This document shows, in pieces, positions 36,237-50,300 of a stretch of DNA of 64,000 bases (the stretch's first letter is position 1; every line of letters starts with the position of its first letter). A model generated the notes under the pieces. That model searched no databases. It saw nothing but the letters and a program-made list of their open reading frames with translations, and was not told the origin of the DNA. This DNA comes from an uncultured Alphaproteobacteria bacterium (lineage in GTDB: Bacteria > Pseudomonadota > Alphaproteobacteria > HIMB59 > GCA-002718135): NCBI GenBank assembly GCA_902594815.1, contig CACJNL010000001.1, positions 6,188 to 70,187 of the forward strand, written 5' to 3'. Both the position numbers and the translations under genes were made by a program.

Positions 36237-37241
36237 ATGACAAATATTAAAGTAGGACAGTTTCCCTCAACACGATTAAGAAGGCTTCGCATGAAAGATT
36301 TTTCAAGAAGAATGGTCAGTGAAAATACTTTATCAGTAAATGATCTGATATGGCCCATCTTTGTTTGTGAAGGAAATAACATTGCTGATGCAATAAAATC
36401 AATGCCTGGTGTTTTTAGATATTCAATTGATAATATCTTAAAAGAATTAGAAAATGTTGTTAACCTAAAAATACCTGCAGTTGCCTTATTTCCTCAAATT
36501 GATCATGCACTAAAAGATGAAAATGGATCACAAGCAATTGATGAAAATAATTTAATTTGCAGAACTATAAAAGCTATTAAACAAAATTTTCCAGATCTTG
36601 GGGTGATATGTGATGTTGCGCTTGATCCATATACAAATCATGGACATGATGGAATTATTATTGATGATATTATCCATAATGATGCAACGTTAGATATACT
36701 GGAGAAGCAGGCACTTGTTCAAGCAATAGCTGGTTGTGATATTATTGCTCCATCAGATATGATGGATGGAAGAATTGGAAGAATAAGAAATTTTTTAGAT
36801 CAACACAAACATGAAGACACTTTGATCCTCTCATATGCAGCAAAATATGCATCCAAGTTTTATGGTCCTTTTAGAGATGCTATTAGTTCCTCTGGTAATT
36901 TAAAAGGGGGGAGTAAATCGTCCTACCAGATGGATGTTGCAAATAGTAACGAAGCATTAAGAGAGGTTGCGATGGATATTAATGAGGGTGCAGATATGGT
37001 TATGATTAAACCAGGCATGCCTTATCTTGACATCATTCAGCGTATTAAATCAGAATTTCAAATACCAACATTTGCCTATCAGGTGTCAGGAGAATATTCG
37101 ATGATTAAAGGAGCTGTTAATAATGGTTGGCTCGACTCTAAAGTTGTTAAAGAGTCTCTTTTATCATTTAAAAGAGCTGGTGCAGATGGTATTTTAACTT
37201 ATTTTGCTAGAGAAATTGCAGAGGAATTACAAAATGACTGA
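36237..37241 (+). CDS. hemB: porphobilinogen synthase (Mg/Asp-rich active-site type)
   Basis: 334 aa. An [16 protein letters not shown] site replaces the Cys-rich Zn site. Schiff-base Lys regions are present. Confidence 0.95.
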   Translation: MTNIKVGQFPSTRLRRLRMKDFSRRMVSENTLSVNDLIWPIFVCEGNNIADAIKSMPGVFRYSIDNILKELENVVNLKIPAVALFPQIDHALKDENGSQAIDENNLICRTIKAIKQNFPDLGVICDVALDPYTNHGHDGIIIDDIIHNDATLDILEKQALVQAIAGCDIIAPSDMMDGRIGRIRNFLDQHKHEDTLILSYAAKYASKFYGPFRDAISSSGNLKGGSKSSYQMDVANSNEALREVAMDINEGADMVMIKPGMPYLDIIQRIKSEFQIPTFAYQVSGEYSMIKGAVNNGWLDSKVVKESLLSFKRAGADGILTYFAREIAEELQND

Positions 37242-37707
37242 AATAAAGTTTGAAGAAAGAAAAACAATCGAACAAGTTGAGGAATCAACTGAGTTAGCCC
37301 CTAAGTTTGATAAAGATGGCTTAATACCAGTGGTAACTACTGATTTTAGTTCTGGAGAAGTTTTGATGCAGGGGTACATGAATGAAGAGGCACTAAAAAA
37401 AACAATCCATTTGGGTGAGGCTGTCTATTATTCTCGAAGCAGACAAACATTGTGGCACAAAGGTAAGACTAGTGGTCTTGTTCAAACAATTAAAGAAATA
37501 AGAATTGATGACGATCAAGATTGTGTCTGGTTAAGAGTTGATGTTCAAGGTGGGGCTAGTTGCCATGTAGGGTACAGATCTTGTTTTTACAGAAGTGTTC
37601 CCTTTGGAGAAAATAACTCTACAACAATTTTAAAATTTGAAGAAAAAGAAAAGGTTTTTGATCCAAAAAAAGTCTATGGTGACGCCCCTAATCCAACAAA
37701 ACTATAA
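37234..37707 (+). CDS. hisI: phosphoribosyl-AMP cyclohydrolase (monofunctional)
   Basis: Start at ATG 37234, overlapping the hemB stop. [15 protein letters not shown]...DCDQD..W..V...G.SCH pattern. Confidence 0.9.
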   Translation: MTEIKFEERKTIEQVEESTELAPKFDKDGLIPVVTTDFSSGEVLMQGYMNEEALKKTIHLGEAVYYSRSRQTLWHKGKTSGLVQTIKEIRIDDDQDCVWLRVDVQGGASCHVGYRSCFYRSVPFGENNSTTILKFEEKEKVFDPKKVYGDAPNPTKL

Positions 37708-37752
37708 TCTTATTTACAATTAAATATAAAGGCATAAAGCAATACTCTATTT

Positions 37753-38343
37753 ATGACATCTACATTAAAATTTATTGAAACAAGTAAATTACCAACTGAT
37801 GTTGGAGAATTTACAGTTCATGCTTTTACTGATGAAAAAGACTCTAAGGATCATCTAGCAATAGGTATGGGTGATTTATTAACCAATGAACCTGTTTTAT
37901 GTAGAATTCATTCACAGTGCATAACAGGTGAATCGTTTTTCAGTATGCGTTGCGATTGTCGATTTCAATTAACAGAGTCATTAAATCAAATTGCAGCAAA
38001 AGGTCGTGGAGTTGTCTTTTATCTTCAACAAGAAGGTAGGGGGATTGGTCTATCGAATAAGATTAGAGCATATAACCTTCAAGACAAAGGTCTAGATACA
38101 GTAGAAGCAAACCATCAATTAGGATTTAGAGAAGATGAAAGAGGATATGAAATTGTATCTGATATGGCTAATTTTCTTGGAATAAAAGAAGTTGATTTAA
38201 TGACGAATAATCCAAAAAAATTAAAAGCACTTGAGGCAATGGGTGTAAAAATTAATCAACGTGTTCCACTTTCATCGAACACAAATAAGTATAACGAGAA
38301 ATATATTTCAACAAAAATAAAAAAACTTGGTCATTTAATTTAA
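37753..38343 (+). CDS. ribA: GTP cyclohydrolase II
   Basis: 196 aa with RIHSQCITGE, CDC and EGRGIGL motifs. Confidence 0.9.
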   Translation: MTSTLKFIETSKLPTDVGEFTVHAFTDEKDSKDHLAIGMGDLLTNEPVLCRIHSQCITGESFFSMRCDCRFQLTESLNQIAAKGRGVVFYLQQEGRGIGLSNKIRAYNLQDKGLDTVEANHQLGFREDERGYEIVSDMANFLGIKEVDLMTNNPKKLKALEAMGVKINQRVPLSSNTNKYNEKYISTKIKKLGHLI

Positions 38344-38352
38344 GTTCTTTTA

Positions 38353-38763
38353 ATGACTAAGCCTGAAGATTTAATAAAAAAACTAAACATGATAGCTCAC
38401 CCAGAAGGGGGGTATTTTTCAGAGTCATTTCGTGATGACAATAATAATGTTAGTTTAATTTATTACCTGCTTCAAAAAAACGAATGGTCTCATTGGCACC
38501 GCTTAACTAAAAATGAAACTCTTCATTTTTATAAAGGGGACCCTCTGATAATTTATATTTCTAAAGATGGTATTGACTACTCTTCAGTAACCATAGGTGA
38601 AGATGATAATTTTCATTATACCGTTGGGTCTCAGAACTGGTTTGCTATGCAGTCAAGTGGGGCGTACAGCTTAATCGGGTGCACTGTTGCGCCGGGGTTT
38701 GATTACAATGATTTCGAACTTGCGCCAGCTGATTGGAAACCCACAAATTTTAATATTTCCTAG
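38353..38763 (+). CDS. cupin (DUF985/Cupin_5) protein
   Basis: 136 aa with HPEGGYF... and W..L...E..H.Y, typical of DUF985. Confidence 0.7.
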   Translation: MTKPEDLIKKLNMIAHPEGGYFSESFRDDNNNVSLIYYLLQKNEWSHWHRLTKNETLHFYKGDPLIIYISKDGIDYSSVTIGEDDNFHYTVGSQNWFAMQSSGAYSLIGCTVAPGFDYNDFELAPADWKPTNFNIS

Positions 38764-38799
38764 GGGTAAGTGCGTCCAATTTTTCTTTGCTTTCATTAG

Positions 38800-40971
<2,172 letters not shown>

Positions 40972-40995
40972 AAGTAAAAGCTAAGATTAATTATT

Positions 40996-41025
40996 AAAGC
41001 GGAAATTATATTTCCGCTTTTTTTT
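40996..41025 (+). terminator. rho-independent terminator after katG (shared with the convergent gene)
   Basis: AAAGCGGAAAT-TAT-ATTTCCGCTTT followed by a T8 run. Located between convergent stops at 40971 and 41028. Confidence 0.8.
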
Positions 41026-41027
41026 AT

Positions 41028-41354
41028 TTATTTAGGCATATTCGTAGCGCCAGTTTCCAAAGATATTATTTTTTCATCTTTAAATTTGTACACTGCCATC
41101 ACCGCTTGCGTATTACCATCTTTAAAAGTAACAAAAGAATGGTGAACACCTATTTCATCGTTTTCATAAACAATTCTAGAACGATCTCTGTCTTCAGAAA
41201 TGTCATCGCTCATAGCCCAACCAATTACATCTGATTTGGAAAGCTGCTTACCAGATGAATGCATGGTAAATTTAAAATCATCATGCAGCACGTCATTCAT
41301 TGCCGCTTCATCTTTTGTGCTAAACGCTTTTTCGTATTTTTCTAATATAGACAT
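41028..41354 (-). CDS. NTF2/SnoaL-like small protein
   Basis: 108 aa. The N-terminus …YEKAFSTKDEAAMNDVLHDDFKF… is typical of SnoaL_2-like proteins. Weak call. Confidence 0.45.
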   Translation of the reverse strand: MSILEKYEKAFSTKDEAAMNDVLHDDFKFTMHSSGKQLSKSDVIGWAMSDDISEDRDRSRIVYENDEIGVHHSFVTFKDGNTQAVMAVYKFKDEKIISLETGATNMPK

Positions 41355-41422
41355 ACTGTCTCCTGTTTTAGTTAATTTATATATTTAAAATTTTTTTATT
41401 AATTAATAATAATTAACAATAA

Positions 41423-42394
41423 TTATCTTTCTTTAACATATGGTTGGCCAATTGCATTTGGGGCAATAGCTTTGCCAACAAAACCTGCAAGCAATACAAC
41501 TGTTAAGACATATGGAATAGCTTGAATTAATTGAACAGGTATTTCACCAACAACAGGAAGCTCGACCCCTTGCAATCTTATTTGAAGCGCGTCAGTAAAG
41601 CCAAAAAGTAAACATGCAATGAGTGCGGTTTTGGGGTGCCATTTTCCAAAGATCATTGCTGCTAAAGCAAGATAACCTCTACCAGCTGACATCTCTCTAA
41701 AGAAATTTGCATTAACTGCAGTAGAAAGGTGTGCTCCTGCAAAAGCAATTAAAACACCATTAATAGCAAGAGCTTTATATCTCATTGCAAAAACATTAAT
41801 GCCAGCAGTATCAACTGCACTTGGGTTTTCCCCTACAGCTCTGAGACGTAATCCAAAACTAGTTTTGAATACTACCCAATAAACAATTGGAACTGAGATA
41901 TAACCTAAATAAACAAAAACATAATGACCACTTAATATTTCGCTATAGATTAAACCAATAATCGGCACCTCTCTTAAAGAGTCAGCAAATGGTAAAGTAA
42001 TTTCTAAAAAACGTTGCTCGTCTGTAAGGGTTGGTGTTAAGCCCGCTTGTCCAAACCAAGCAGCAGCTAATGCAGTTGTTAAACCAATTATTAATATATT
42101 TATTGCAACACAGGATACAACTTGATCACCTTTGTGTGTTACTGATGCAAAACCATGTAACATTGATAAACTCACACACATTACAATAGCCATCAATAAT
42201 CCAATCCATGGATTGCCAAAGTAATAAGAGCCTACTGCAGCGACGAACGCAGCCATCAACATTTTTCCCTCTAAACTAAAATCTATAACACCTGATCGTT
42301 CAGCAAATATACCAGCCATTGCAGCAAAAACTAATGGAGTTGAAATTCTTAATGTTGAATTTACAAGAGAGGCTAGATCTAATAAAAATTCCAT
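41423..42394 (-). CDS. BMP-family (nucleoside/sugar) ABC transporter permease
   Basis: 323 aa, about 9 TM helices. Part of the SBP-ATPase-permease-permease operon. Confidence 0.85.
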   Translation of the reverse strand: MEFLLDLASLVNSTLRISTPLVFAAMAGIFAERSGVIDFSLEGKMLMAAFVAAVGSYYFGNPWIGLLMAIVMCVSLSMLHGFASVTHKGDQVVSCVAINILIIGLTTALAAAWFGQAGLTPTLTDEQRFLEITLPFADSLREVPIIGLIYSEILSGHYVFVYLGYISVPIVYWVVFKTSFGLRLRAVGENPSAVDTAGINVFAMRYKALAINGVLIAFAGAHLSTAVNANFFREMSAGRGYLALAAMIFGKWHPKTALIACLLFGFTDALQIRLQGVELPVVGEIPVQLIQAIPYVLTVVLLAGFVGKAIAPNAIGQPYVKER

Positions 42395-43512
42395 TAAACA
42401 CTGACCTTTCTGTTTAGTCTGTTCACAAAAAAACTTTCAATTTGTGGTCTGAATAAATTCTCCAAAGCACCGCTAAATAAAATTATCACTCCTTGAACAG
42501 CAACAAACATATAGCGTGTTATATTTGGCATATCAAAAGTAACTTCTGATCCTCCTTGATACAAAATACCAAATAAGAACGCTGCAGGAAAAATACCTAT
42601 CGGGTGGTTTCGTCCCATTAAGGCAACCGCAATACCTGTAAATCCATAGCCAGCTGGAAATCCTGCTACTATTTTGTGATGAACGCCTAAAATTTCATTA
42701 ATCCCTAATAAACCTGCTAATCCGCCAGAGATACACATCGCAATAATTATATTTTTATAAGGAGAGATTCCTGCATAAATAGCTGCTTGAGTATTGTGAC
42801 CAACCGCTCTCATTTCATACCCCCATTTAGTTTTCCAAACCAAAAACCAAACGAAAAAAGAAGCGGCAATAGCCAGCAGAAAAGAAATATTTAAAGGTGA
42901 GTATCGTATCTTTATACCAAACAGTGCAGCAAATTCTTTGAAGGTTGGGAACCAAATTTCTTTTGGAAGAGCAACGGTGTGGGGTCCCATTTGCTTCATG
43001 TCCCTAATGACATCTACCAAAAGAAAAACCATTAAAGAAGAGGCGATAAAATTGAACATGATTGTTGTAATTACAACATGGCTTCCTCTTTTAGCTTGTA
43101 GATAAGCCGGTATAAAAGCCCAGGCCGCACCAAAAACAACTGCTCCTGCAATTGCTAAAAGCCATACAATTGGTACTGGTAAAAAACTAACATTTATAGC
43201 AACAAGAAATACACCAAGACCACCTATATATGCCTGTCCTTCACCACCAATATTAAATAAGCGACAATGAAAAGCGACAGCAAAGGCTAAGCCGGTAAAA
43301 ACAAAGTTCGTAGTGTAATAAAGAGTGTAGGCAAAACCATCAAGATAACCAAATGAACCATAAATAATTAATTTAACAGCTTGAAATGGATTTTCACCAG
43401 CAATAAAAATAAACAAGGCAGAAACTAATAAAGCTAAAGTTAAATTAACAAGGGGAACAATTAAATTAGATACCCACCAAGGTACTTTTGATTTATCTAC
43501 TGCAGTAACCAT
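42394..43512 (-). CDS. BMP-family ABC transporter permease
   Basis: 372 aa polytopic protein. 1-nt junctions with both neighbours. Confidence 0.85.
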   Translation of the reverse strand: MVTAVDKSKVPWWVSNLIVPLVNLTLALLVSALFIFIAGENPFQAVKLIIYGSFGYLDGFAYTLYYTTNFVFTGLAFAVAFHCRLFNIGGEGQAYIGGLGVFLVAINVSFLPVPIVWLLAIAGAVVFGAAWAFIPAYLQAKRGSHVVITTIMFNFIASSLMVFLLVDVIRDMKQMGPHTVALPKEIWFPTFKEFAALFGIKIRYSPLNISFLLAIAASFFVWFLVWKTKWGYEMRAVGHNTQAAIYAGISPYKNIIIAMCISGGLAGLLGINEILGVHHKIVAGFPAGYGFTGIAVALMGRNHPIGIFPAAFLFGILYQGGSEVTFDMPNITRYMFVAVQGVIILFSGALENLFRPQIESFFVNRLNRKVSV

Positions 43513-45032
43513 TACGCAACCCCCGCCATCAAAAGTCCAAGCTCTCTATCCGTAACATCTTTATTAATTCTCTCTCCCACTATATTTCCATCAAACATAA
43601 CAAGTATTCTGTCAGAAAGAGAGAGGACTTCATCTAGCTCAACAGATACTAGCAATATAGCAGCTCCTTTGTCACGCATATCAATAAGTCTTTGATGAAT
43701 AAATTCGATTGCACCAATATCAACACCTCTTGTTGGTTGCCCAACTAATAGTATTTTTGGACTCTCATTTAACTCTCTACTTAAAATAATTTTTTGTTGA
43801 TTACCTCCTGAAAAATTAGATGTGATAAGTTGAGGAGATCTTGGTCTTACATCATATTCTTCCATCACTTTTTTTGAATAAGTTATTATATCGCTGTCTC
43901 TAAGGATTGAAGATTTTGAATAAGGCTCTTGATCATGATAACCAAAAATTAAATTTTCATATGCCTTAAAATCCGTAACTAACCCCATTCGCTGACGATC
44001 TTCAGGTACATGCGCAAGGCCTTTTTCTTTTAATTTTCTTGGATCCAAAAGATTTTCTTTATCAGAAACTTTTTCATCATTTAAATATATGTTACCTGAC
44101 TCGACTTTTCGGATACCAGAGAGAGCCTCTAATAATTCTGTTTGGCCATTGCCTGTTACACCAGCTAAGCCTAAAATTTCTCCAGAGCGAATTTCAAAAC
44201 TAACATTTTTTACTCTAGTTACATCAAGATCATCTTTAACAGTTAGGTTTTCAACCTTGAATACAACATCGCCAAGCTTGGCATCTTCTTTATTTAGTCT
44301 AAGAAGAACGCTTCGTCCTACCATCATTTCTGCTAACTTTTCTTTATTGGTGTCACTTGTTTTTGTATGACCTACAACTTCACCTTGGCGCATCACCGAT
44401 ACTTCACTAGTTAAATCCATAATTTCATTAAGTTTATGTGTAATTAGAACAATTGTTTTACCTTCCTCTTTTAACGAACGTAGTATTTTAAACAATTCGT
44501 CAACTTCTTGTGGAGTTAACACCCCAGTTGGCTCATCAAGAATAAATATTTCAGCCCCTCGGTACAATGATTTTAAAATTTCAACACGTTGACGAAATCC
44601 AACTGATAAATCAGAAATAACAGAGTCTAAATCAATATTTAATTTATAAGTATCACATAAATTTTTTAAATCTTCTTTTGCTTTTTTAAGTTTATGGCCA
44701 AAGACTAATTCTCCTTCAAATCCCAAAATAATATTTTCAAGAACAGTAAAATTTTCCACTAACATGAAGTGTTGATGCACCATGCCAATACCGCTTTCAA
44801 TAGAGTCCCTTGGGGATTTAAGTTTTACCTCTTTTCCACTGACTCTTATTGAGCCAGAGTCAGCTTGATACAATCCGTATACAATGCTCATTAAGGTGGA
44901 TTTACCGGCACCATTTTCACCAATAATACCGTGGATAGTGCCTTGATTAATTATTAAGTTAATATTTTTATTAGCCTGAACGTGGCCAAATGATTTATTA
45001 ATGTTTTTTAGTTCAAGAATAGGTGAGACCAT
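43512..45032 (-). CDS. ABC transporter ATP-binding protein (duplicated ATPase, sugar/nucleoside type)
   Basis: 506 aa with two ABC cassettes (GENGAGKST; signature-like LSVGFRQRV and FSGGNQQK). Confidence 0.9.
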   Translation of the reverse strand: MVSPILELKNINKSFGHVQANKNINLIINQGTIHGIIGENGAGKSTLMSIVYGLYQADSGSIRVSGKEVKLKSPRDSIESGIGMVHQHFMLVENFTVLENIILGFEGELVFGHKLKKAKEDLKNLCDTYKLNIDLDSVISDLSVGFRQRVEILKSLYRGAEIFILDEPTGVLTPQEVDELFKILRSLKEEGKTIVLITHKLNEIMDLTSEVSVMRQGEVVGHTKTSDTNKEKLAEMMVGRSVLLRLNKEDAKLGDVVFKVENLTVKDDLDVTRVKNVSFEIRSGEILGLAGVTGNGQTELLEALSGIRKVESGNIYLNDEKVSDKENLLDPRKLKEKGLAHVPEDRQRMGLVTDFKAYENLIFGYHDQEPYSKSSILRDSDIITYSKKVMEEYDVRPRSPQLITSNFSGGNQQKIILSRELNESPKILLVGQPTRGVDIGAIEFIHQRLIDMRDKGAAILLVSVELDEVLSLSDRILVMFDGNIVGERINKDVTDRELGLLMAGVA

Positions 45033-45077
45033 AAATTTAAATTTTTATTTTTGGTCTCACCTTAAAAGTTTTATTAC

Positions 45078-46055
45078 TTACTCTTGTGACCAGTCAGCGA
45101 CTGTTATAGAACCGTCTATAATGCCTGCAGCAGCAGCATCTGCGGCAGCAGCCATCTCATCAGTTACCATACCATCTTCAGTAGCATAGCCTACCATACC
45201 TTGAGCAAGTCCAAGAATATTAATACCTGGCTCAAAAGTTCCAGCAGCAGTTTTTTCAGCTTGTTCAAAGATCGTTAAATCCAAACGCTTTAACATAGAA
45301 GTTAACATGCTGCCTGGATGCATCCAGTTTTGGTTTGTATCAACACCAATCCCCATAATGCCAGCATCCGCCGCAGCTTGAAGAACCCCAATACCAGTAC
45401 CACCAGCTGCTTGGTAAACAACATCTGCACCACCATCAATTTGTGCTTTGGTTAGTTCTGCACCTTTAGTAGGGTTGTTCCAAGCTTCTGGAGTTGTGCC
45501 TGTCATATTTGCTAATATTTTAATATCAGGATTAGCATATAAAGCGCCCTGCTCGTAACCGCCTTGGAATTTTCGAATTAATGGAATATCCATTCCACCA
45601 ACGAAACCTATTGTTCCGGTTTTTGATGCCATAGCAGCAATTACGCCTACCAGAAATGAACCTTCATGCTCTAAGTAACAAGCTTGATAAATATTTCCTG
45701 CAGGATCATCTACCCAACATACATCAACCGCAACAAAGTTTACATCAGGATATTGCGGTGCGATAGCAGCAACTGCATCAGCTTGAGCAAAACCCATTGC
45801 TACAACTAGAGTAGCCCCTCTATCAGCAACTTTTCTCATACCTTGTTCAATTTGAGTATTGTTTGCAGCTTCAAACTCAACCATATCCCAGCCGAGTTCA
45901 TTTTTTACTCTTTCAGCAGTTCTAAATGCTAATTCATTAAATGATTTGTCGAATTTTCCGCCTGAGTCATAAATTACACCAATTTTATTTGCAAAAAGAT
46001 TTGATGAAAATACGAGTGCGAAAGATACAACAAAAATGCTTAATATTTTTTTCAT
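45078..46055 (-). CDS. BMP-family substrate-binding protein (PnrA/Med-like, probable nucleoside binding)
   Basis: 325 aa with a signal peptide and Bmp-family blocks (DKSFNE, GFVGGMDIPLI, …). Confidence 0.85.
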   Translation of the reverse strand: MKKILSIFVVSFALVFSSNLFANKIGVIYDSGGKFDKSFNELAFRTAERVKNELGWDMVEFEAANNTQIEQGMRKVADRGATLVVAMGFAQADAVAAIAPQYPDVNFVAVDVCWVDDPAGNIYQACYLEHEGSFLVGVIAAMASKTGTIGFVGGMDIPLIRKFQGGYEQGALYANPDIKILANMTGTTPEAWNNPTKGAELTKAQIDGGADVVYQAAGGTGIGVLQAAADAGIMGIGVDTNQNWMHPGSMLTSMLKRLDLTIFEQAEKTAAGTFEPGINILGLAQGMVGYATEDGMVTDEMAAAADAAAAGIIDGSITVADWSQE

Positions 46056-46165
46056 AGTTAATATCTCCTCATTATTTCCGAAAATAGATAATTAATTGAT
46101 ATCATTATTATCCTAAAAAAAAAATTAATAAAATTGATTATAATTTTATATCGTGGATAAATGAT

Positions 46166-46786
46166 CTAGGTTCCCATATATCTATCACCTGCGTCACCAA
46201 GACCAGGGACAATGAACTTATTTTTGTTCAATTTAGCATCAATTTTACAGGTAAATATATGTAGGGAGCGATGATTTTTTTGTAAGTTTTTAATACCCTC
46301 AGGTGCTGCAAGTAAAGACACTAAAAAAATATCTTTAACCTTTACTCCCTTGTTTTTAATTAAATTAATTGCCGCTATAGATGAGTTGCCGGTTGCCAAC
46401 ATTGGGTCGAGAACTAATACCTTTTTATTCTTTGTTTTTGGAAGTTTGAACAAATATTCTACAGGTTCATAAGTTTGTTCATCACGATATAATCCAATGT
46501 GCCCTTTTTCTGCATCGGGTAAAAATTTTACAAAACCCTCTAACAGACCTAATCCTGCTCTTAAGATTGGAACCAATATAACCTGTTGGGCCAAATCTAC
46601 CCCTGAGGTTTTGATCAACGGAGTTTGAACAGCAATTTTTTTATATTGCAAGTGTTTGAGAACTTCCGCAGCTATTAAATAACTAGCTTCATTCATAGTT
46701 TGTCTAAATAAAGAGTTGGAAGTTTTTTTATTTCTTAAAATAGTCATTTTGTATTCCAAGAAAGATGATTTAATAGATGTAATCAT
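46166..46786 (-). CDS. upp: uracil phosphoribosyltransferase
   Basis: 206 aa with ILRAGLG, a PRPP loop (VLVLDPMLATGNS) and C-terminal PGLGDAGDR. Confidence 0.9.
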   Translation of the reverse strand: MITSIKSSFLEYKMTILRNKKTSNSLFRQTMNEASYLIAAEVLKHLQYKKIAVQTPLIKTSGVDLAQQVILVPILRAGLGLLEGFVKFLPDAEKGHIGLYRDEQTYEPVEYLFKLPKTKNKKVLVLDPMLATGNSSIAAINLIKNKGVKVKDIFLVSLLAAPEGIKNLQKNHRSLHIFTCKIDAKLNKNKFIVPGLGDAGDRYMGT

Positions 46787-46822
46787 AAATATATTACATA
46801 TATATATTTAATCATAAGAGCA

Positions 46823-47338
46823 ATGCGGATATTTTTATTTCTTTTATTATCACTATCCATTTGGAGCTGTACTACAGTGGAAGTTACAAAAGAAGTAATC
46901 AAAGTAACCAACACAATTACTGATCAAGTAAAAGAAAGAATTCCAAAAAAAGAGATTGAAAAAGAAGATGCCTTAGATGAAATTTTAGAAGAGTTAGAAG
47001 AAAAGGAAATAGAAGAAGAGATTGAAATCATTGAAGAGACGCAGGAAGAGGAAAAAAATATTGTGGCAAGTCAGCAAAAATTAGCAGAGATAAATTTCAT
47101 TGGTAAAACTGAAAATCAAATTCAAAATCTACTCGGAGAGCCTGAACTATCGAGAATTGATGGGGCTGTTTATACAACGAGGTATAACAGTGATAATTGC
47201 CGACTCTTCCTTTTTTTCAATCAAAATATTGAAAATAAAAGAGTCGAGTACTTTGAGTTAAGAAATGTTAAGGCTGAACTGTTGAATTCGAAACAATCTT
47301 TAGAACAATGTTACCGCGAATTTAATTTAATAAATTAA
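46823..47338 (+). CDS. lipoprotein of unknown function with Glu-rich linker
   Basis: 171 aa with a lipobox (LSIWSC), an E-rich low-complexity segment and a small C-terminal domain. Confidence 0.6.
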   Translation: MRIFLFLLLSLSIWSCTTVEVTKEVIKVTNTITDQVKERIPKKEIEKEDALDEILEELEEKEIEEEIEIIEETQEEEKNIVASQQKLAEINFIGKTENQIQNLLGEPELSRIDGAVYTTRYNSDNCRLFLFFNQNIENKRVEYFELRNVKAELLNSKQSLEQCYREFNLIN

Positions 47339-47340
47339 GC

Positions 47341-50300
47341 CTATTCAATTTCAATTAATAAATCTTTAGTCTCTACGTTATCACCAGAACTTACATGCAG
47401 TTTTTTTATTGTTCCACTTTTCTCTGCTGAAATAATTGTTTCCATTTTCATTGCTTCAATAACTAACACTCTATCACCTTTAATAATTTTATCGCCAGCA
47501 CTTACAAATATTTTCGCAACTTGTCCTGGCAAGGGAGAACCCATATGATTTAGATTTCCATCTTCTGCTTTTGTCTTTGCTGAAATATTTTTAGAGAATT
47601 CTGTATTTTGAATTTCAATAGTTCTTGGCTGACCGTTTAATTCAAAAAATACTGAGCTGGACCCACTTGCATTTGGTTCACCTTTTGCCAAATAACGAAC
47701 GATGAGATTTTTTCCTTTATCGATAGGCAGTGAATATTCTTTATCTTGTACCGGGCCATAAAAAAATAATTCAGTTGATAAAATTGAAGTATCGCTATAT
47801 GTTTGACGATGTGTCATAAATTCTTCAAATACTTTTGGGTACATCAAGTGCGAAGCCAGTTGTTGATTAGATATTTTTTCTTCATATTTTTTTTCTAGAT
47901 TTATCTTTTCTTCATCTAAATTGATACTTGCTAAAACTGATCCCGCTCTTTTAGTAAGCGGCTTATCATTACCAAGAATTTTTTTCTGGAGTTTTTCTGG
48001 AAAGCCACCAAGCGGTAAACCTATCTCCCCTTTAAAAAACTCCACTACGGAAGATGGAAAAGATATCTCTTTATTGGGATCCAAAACATCTGCTGGGCTA
48101 AGATCGTTGGTAATCATATATAAGGCCATATCTCCAACAACCTTTGATGAAGGGGTTACCTTGATGATATCACCAAACATTGTGTTAACCTCAGCATACA
48201 TATTTGCAACTAGTCCCCATTTATCAGTTGTAATCCCAAGAGAACGTGCCTGCTCTTTGAGATTTGTAAATTGTCCCCCAGGCATTTGATGTAAATATAC
48301 GTCTGAACTGCCGCCTTTGAAATCGGTTTCAAAAGCCTTGTAATTACTACGCACCTGCTCCCAGTACAAAGAGGCTTCACGAATATGTTCTTCATCCAAC
48401 TTAGGATCGGCATGATTTTGTTTCATAATAGAAACAACAGAACCAAGGGCAGGTTGAGAAGTTAATCCACTCATTGAATCCATAGCCAAGTCTACAATGT
48501 CTATTTTCTCTTCAATAGCTGCTAGTACTGTTGCCGAAGATGTTCCTGAAGTATCGTGTGTGTGGTAATGAATTGGTAAAGAAATTTCATTTCTTAGTTC
48601 TTTAATTAACAGTTTAATAGCGACTGGTTTACACAAGCCCGCCATGTCTTTAATCGCGATGATATGTGAGCCTGCTTTTTCAAGTTCTTTAGCAAGATCA
48701 ATATAGTATTTTAGGGTATACTTTTCTTCTTTAGGATTAGTTACATCATTCGTATAACAAATAGCGCCTTCACAAATTTTATTTTGATTCCTTACTTCTT
48801 CAATTGAAACTTTCATATTCTCAATGAGGTTTAATGAGTCAAAAACCCTAAAGACATCAATCCCAGCCTGGGCCGCTTCCTTAACAAAAAACTTTACGAC
48901 GTTATCTGGATAGTTTTTATAACCAACAGCATTAGAACCTCTTAAAAGCATTTGCTTCAAAATATTGGGGGCTTGATGATTTATCTTTGCTAGTCTGTCC
49001 CATGGATCTTCTTTTAAAAATCTCATGCTAGTATCAAATGTTGCACCGCCCCAACACTCAATTGAAAACAGTTCTGATAAGTTATTACTATAAAACTCAG
49101 CAATGTTAATGAGATCATCAGTTCTCATTCTCGTAGCCAGTAGTGACTGATGAGCATCACGCATCGTCGTATCAGTAATTAATGTGTGTTTTTTATTTTT
49201 AATATCTTGAGTAAACTTATCTGGACCTAATCGTTGTAACTCCTCAACATAATTATTGGTTTGCTGATTTTTTTCAAACAAAGGAACAACCGGATCTACT
49301 AAATCAAAATCATTTGTTCTTCCTTTTGTATCTTGGTGACCATTAACAATAATATTGCCAAGATAAGATATAATTTTAGATGCACGGTCTTTTTTGGGCT
49401 TATAATTATAGAGCTCTTTTTTCGTATCAACAAAGTTAGTATTATAGTTGCCTAATTTAAAATCATCATTATTAATTAATGACTCTAAAAAGACAAGGTT
49501 AGTTTTAACACCACGAATTCTGAATTCACGCAGCGCTCTATCCATTCTTCTAATACAATCTTCAGTAGTTTGTGCCCAAGTGGTTACTTTAACTAATAAG
49601 GAGTCATAATAAGGCGTAATAATTGATCCCGCAGCTGCTGTAGCGCCATCTAACCTTACCCCAAAACCAGAGGCTGATCTATAGGTCATAATTTTCCCGT
49701 AGTCAGGCATAAAATTATTTAAGGGGTCTTCAGTTGTAACTCTGCATTGAATTGCATACCCATCCAGCTTGATATTATCTTGATCAGGCAGCGCTGGATC
49801 GTCTCCTATTTTTGTTCCCTCAGCAATTTTTATTTGCGCCTTCACAATGTCAATCCCTGTTACCTCTTCAGTGACAGTATGCTCAACCTGAATTCTTGGA
49901 TTAACTTCAATAAAGTAATGTTGATTATTTTTTTTATCATATAAAAACTCAACTGTGCCAGCGCCACAATAGTGTACATGTTTAGCAATCTTAACAGCAG
50001 AAGCACAAATACTCTCCCGAGAACTTGATTCTAAAAAATGCGCAGGTGCTCTTTCAATTATTTTTTGATGTCTTCTTTGAAGTGAGCAATCTCTCTCATA
50101 TAAGTGGACGATATTGCCATGCTTATCTCCTAATATTTGAACCTCTATATGGGCAGCATCTTCTAAAAATTTCTCAATAAATACTTCATCTTTGCCAAAA
50201 GCTTTTTTGGACTCACTTTGAGCAAGCTCTATTTGTTCAGATAGTTCTTCAGCTGAACGCACAACTCGCATACCTCTTCCACCACCGCCCCAGCTTGCCT

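Noticed and set aside
46823-47338. Glu-rich repeat (EEIEIIEETQEEE…) in the lipoprotein, and the acidic tracts in GrpE and the FYDLN protein, considered as tandem DNA repeats
   Set aside because: They are low-complexity coding sequence without a regular nucleotide period, so they are not repeat elements.
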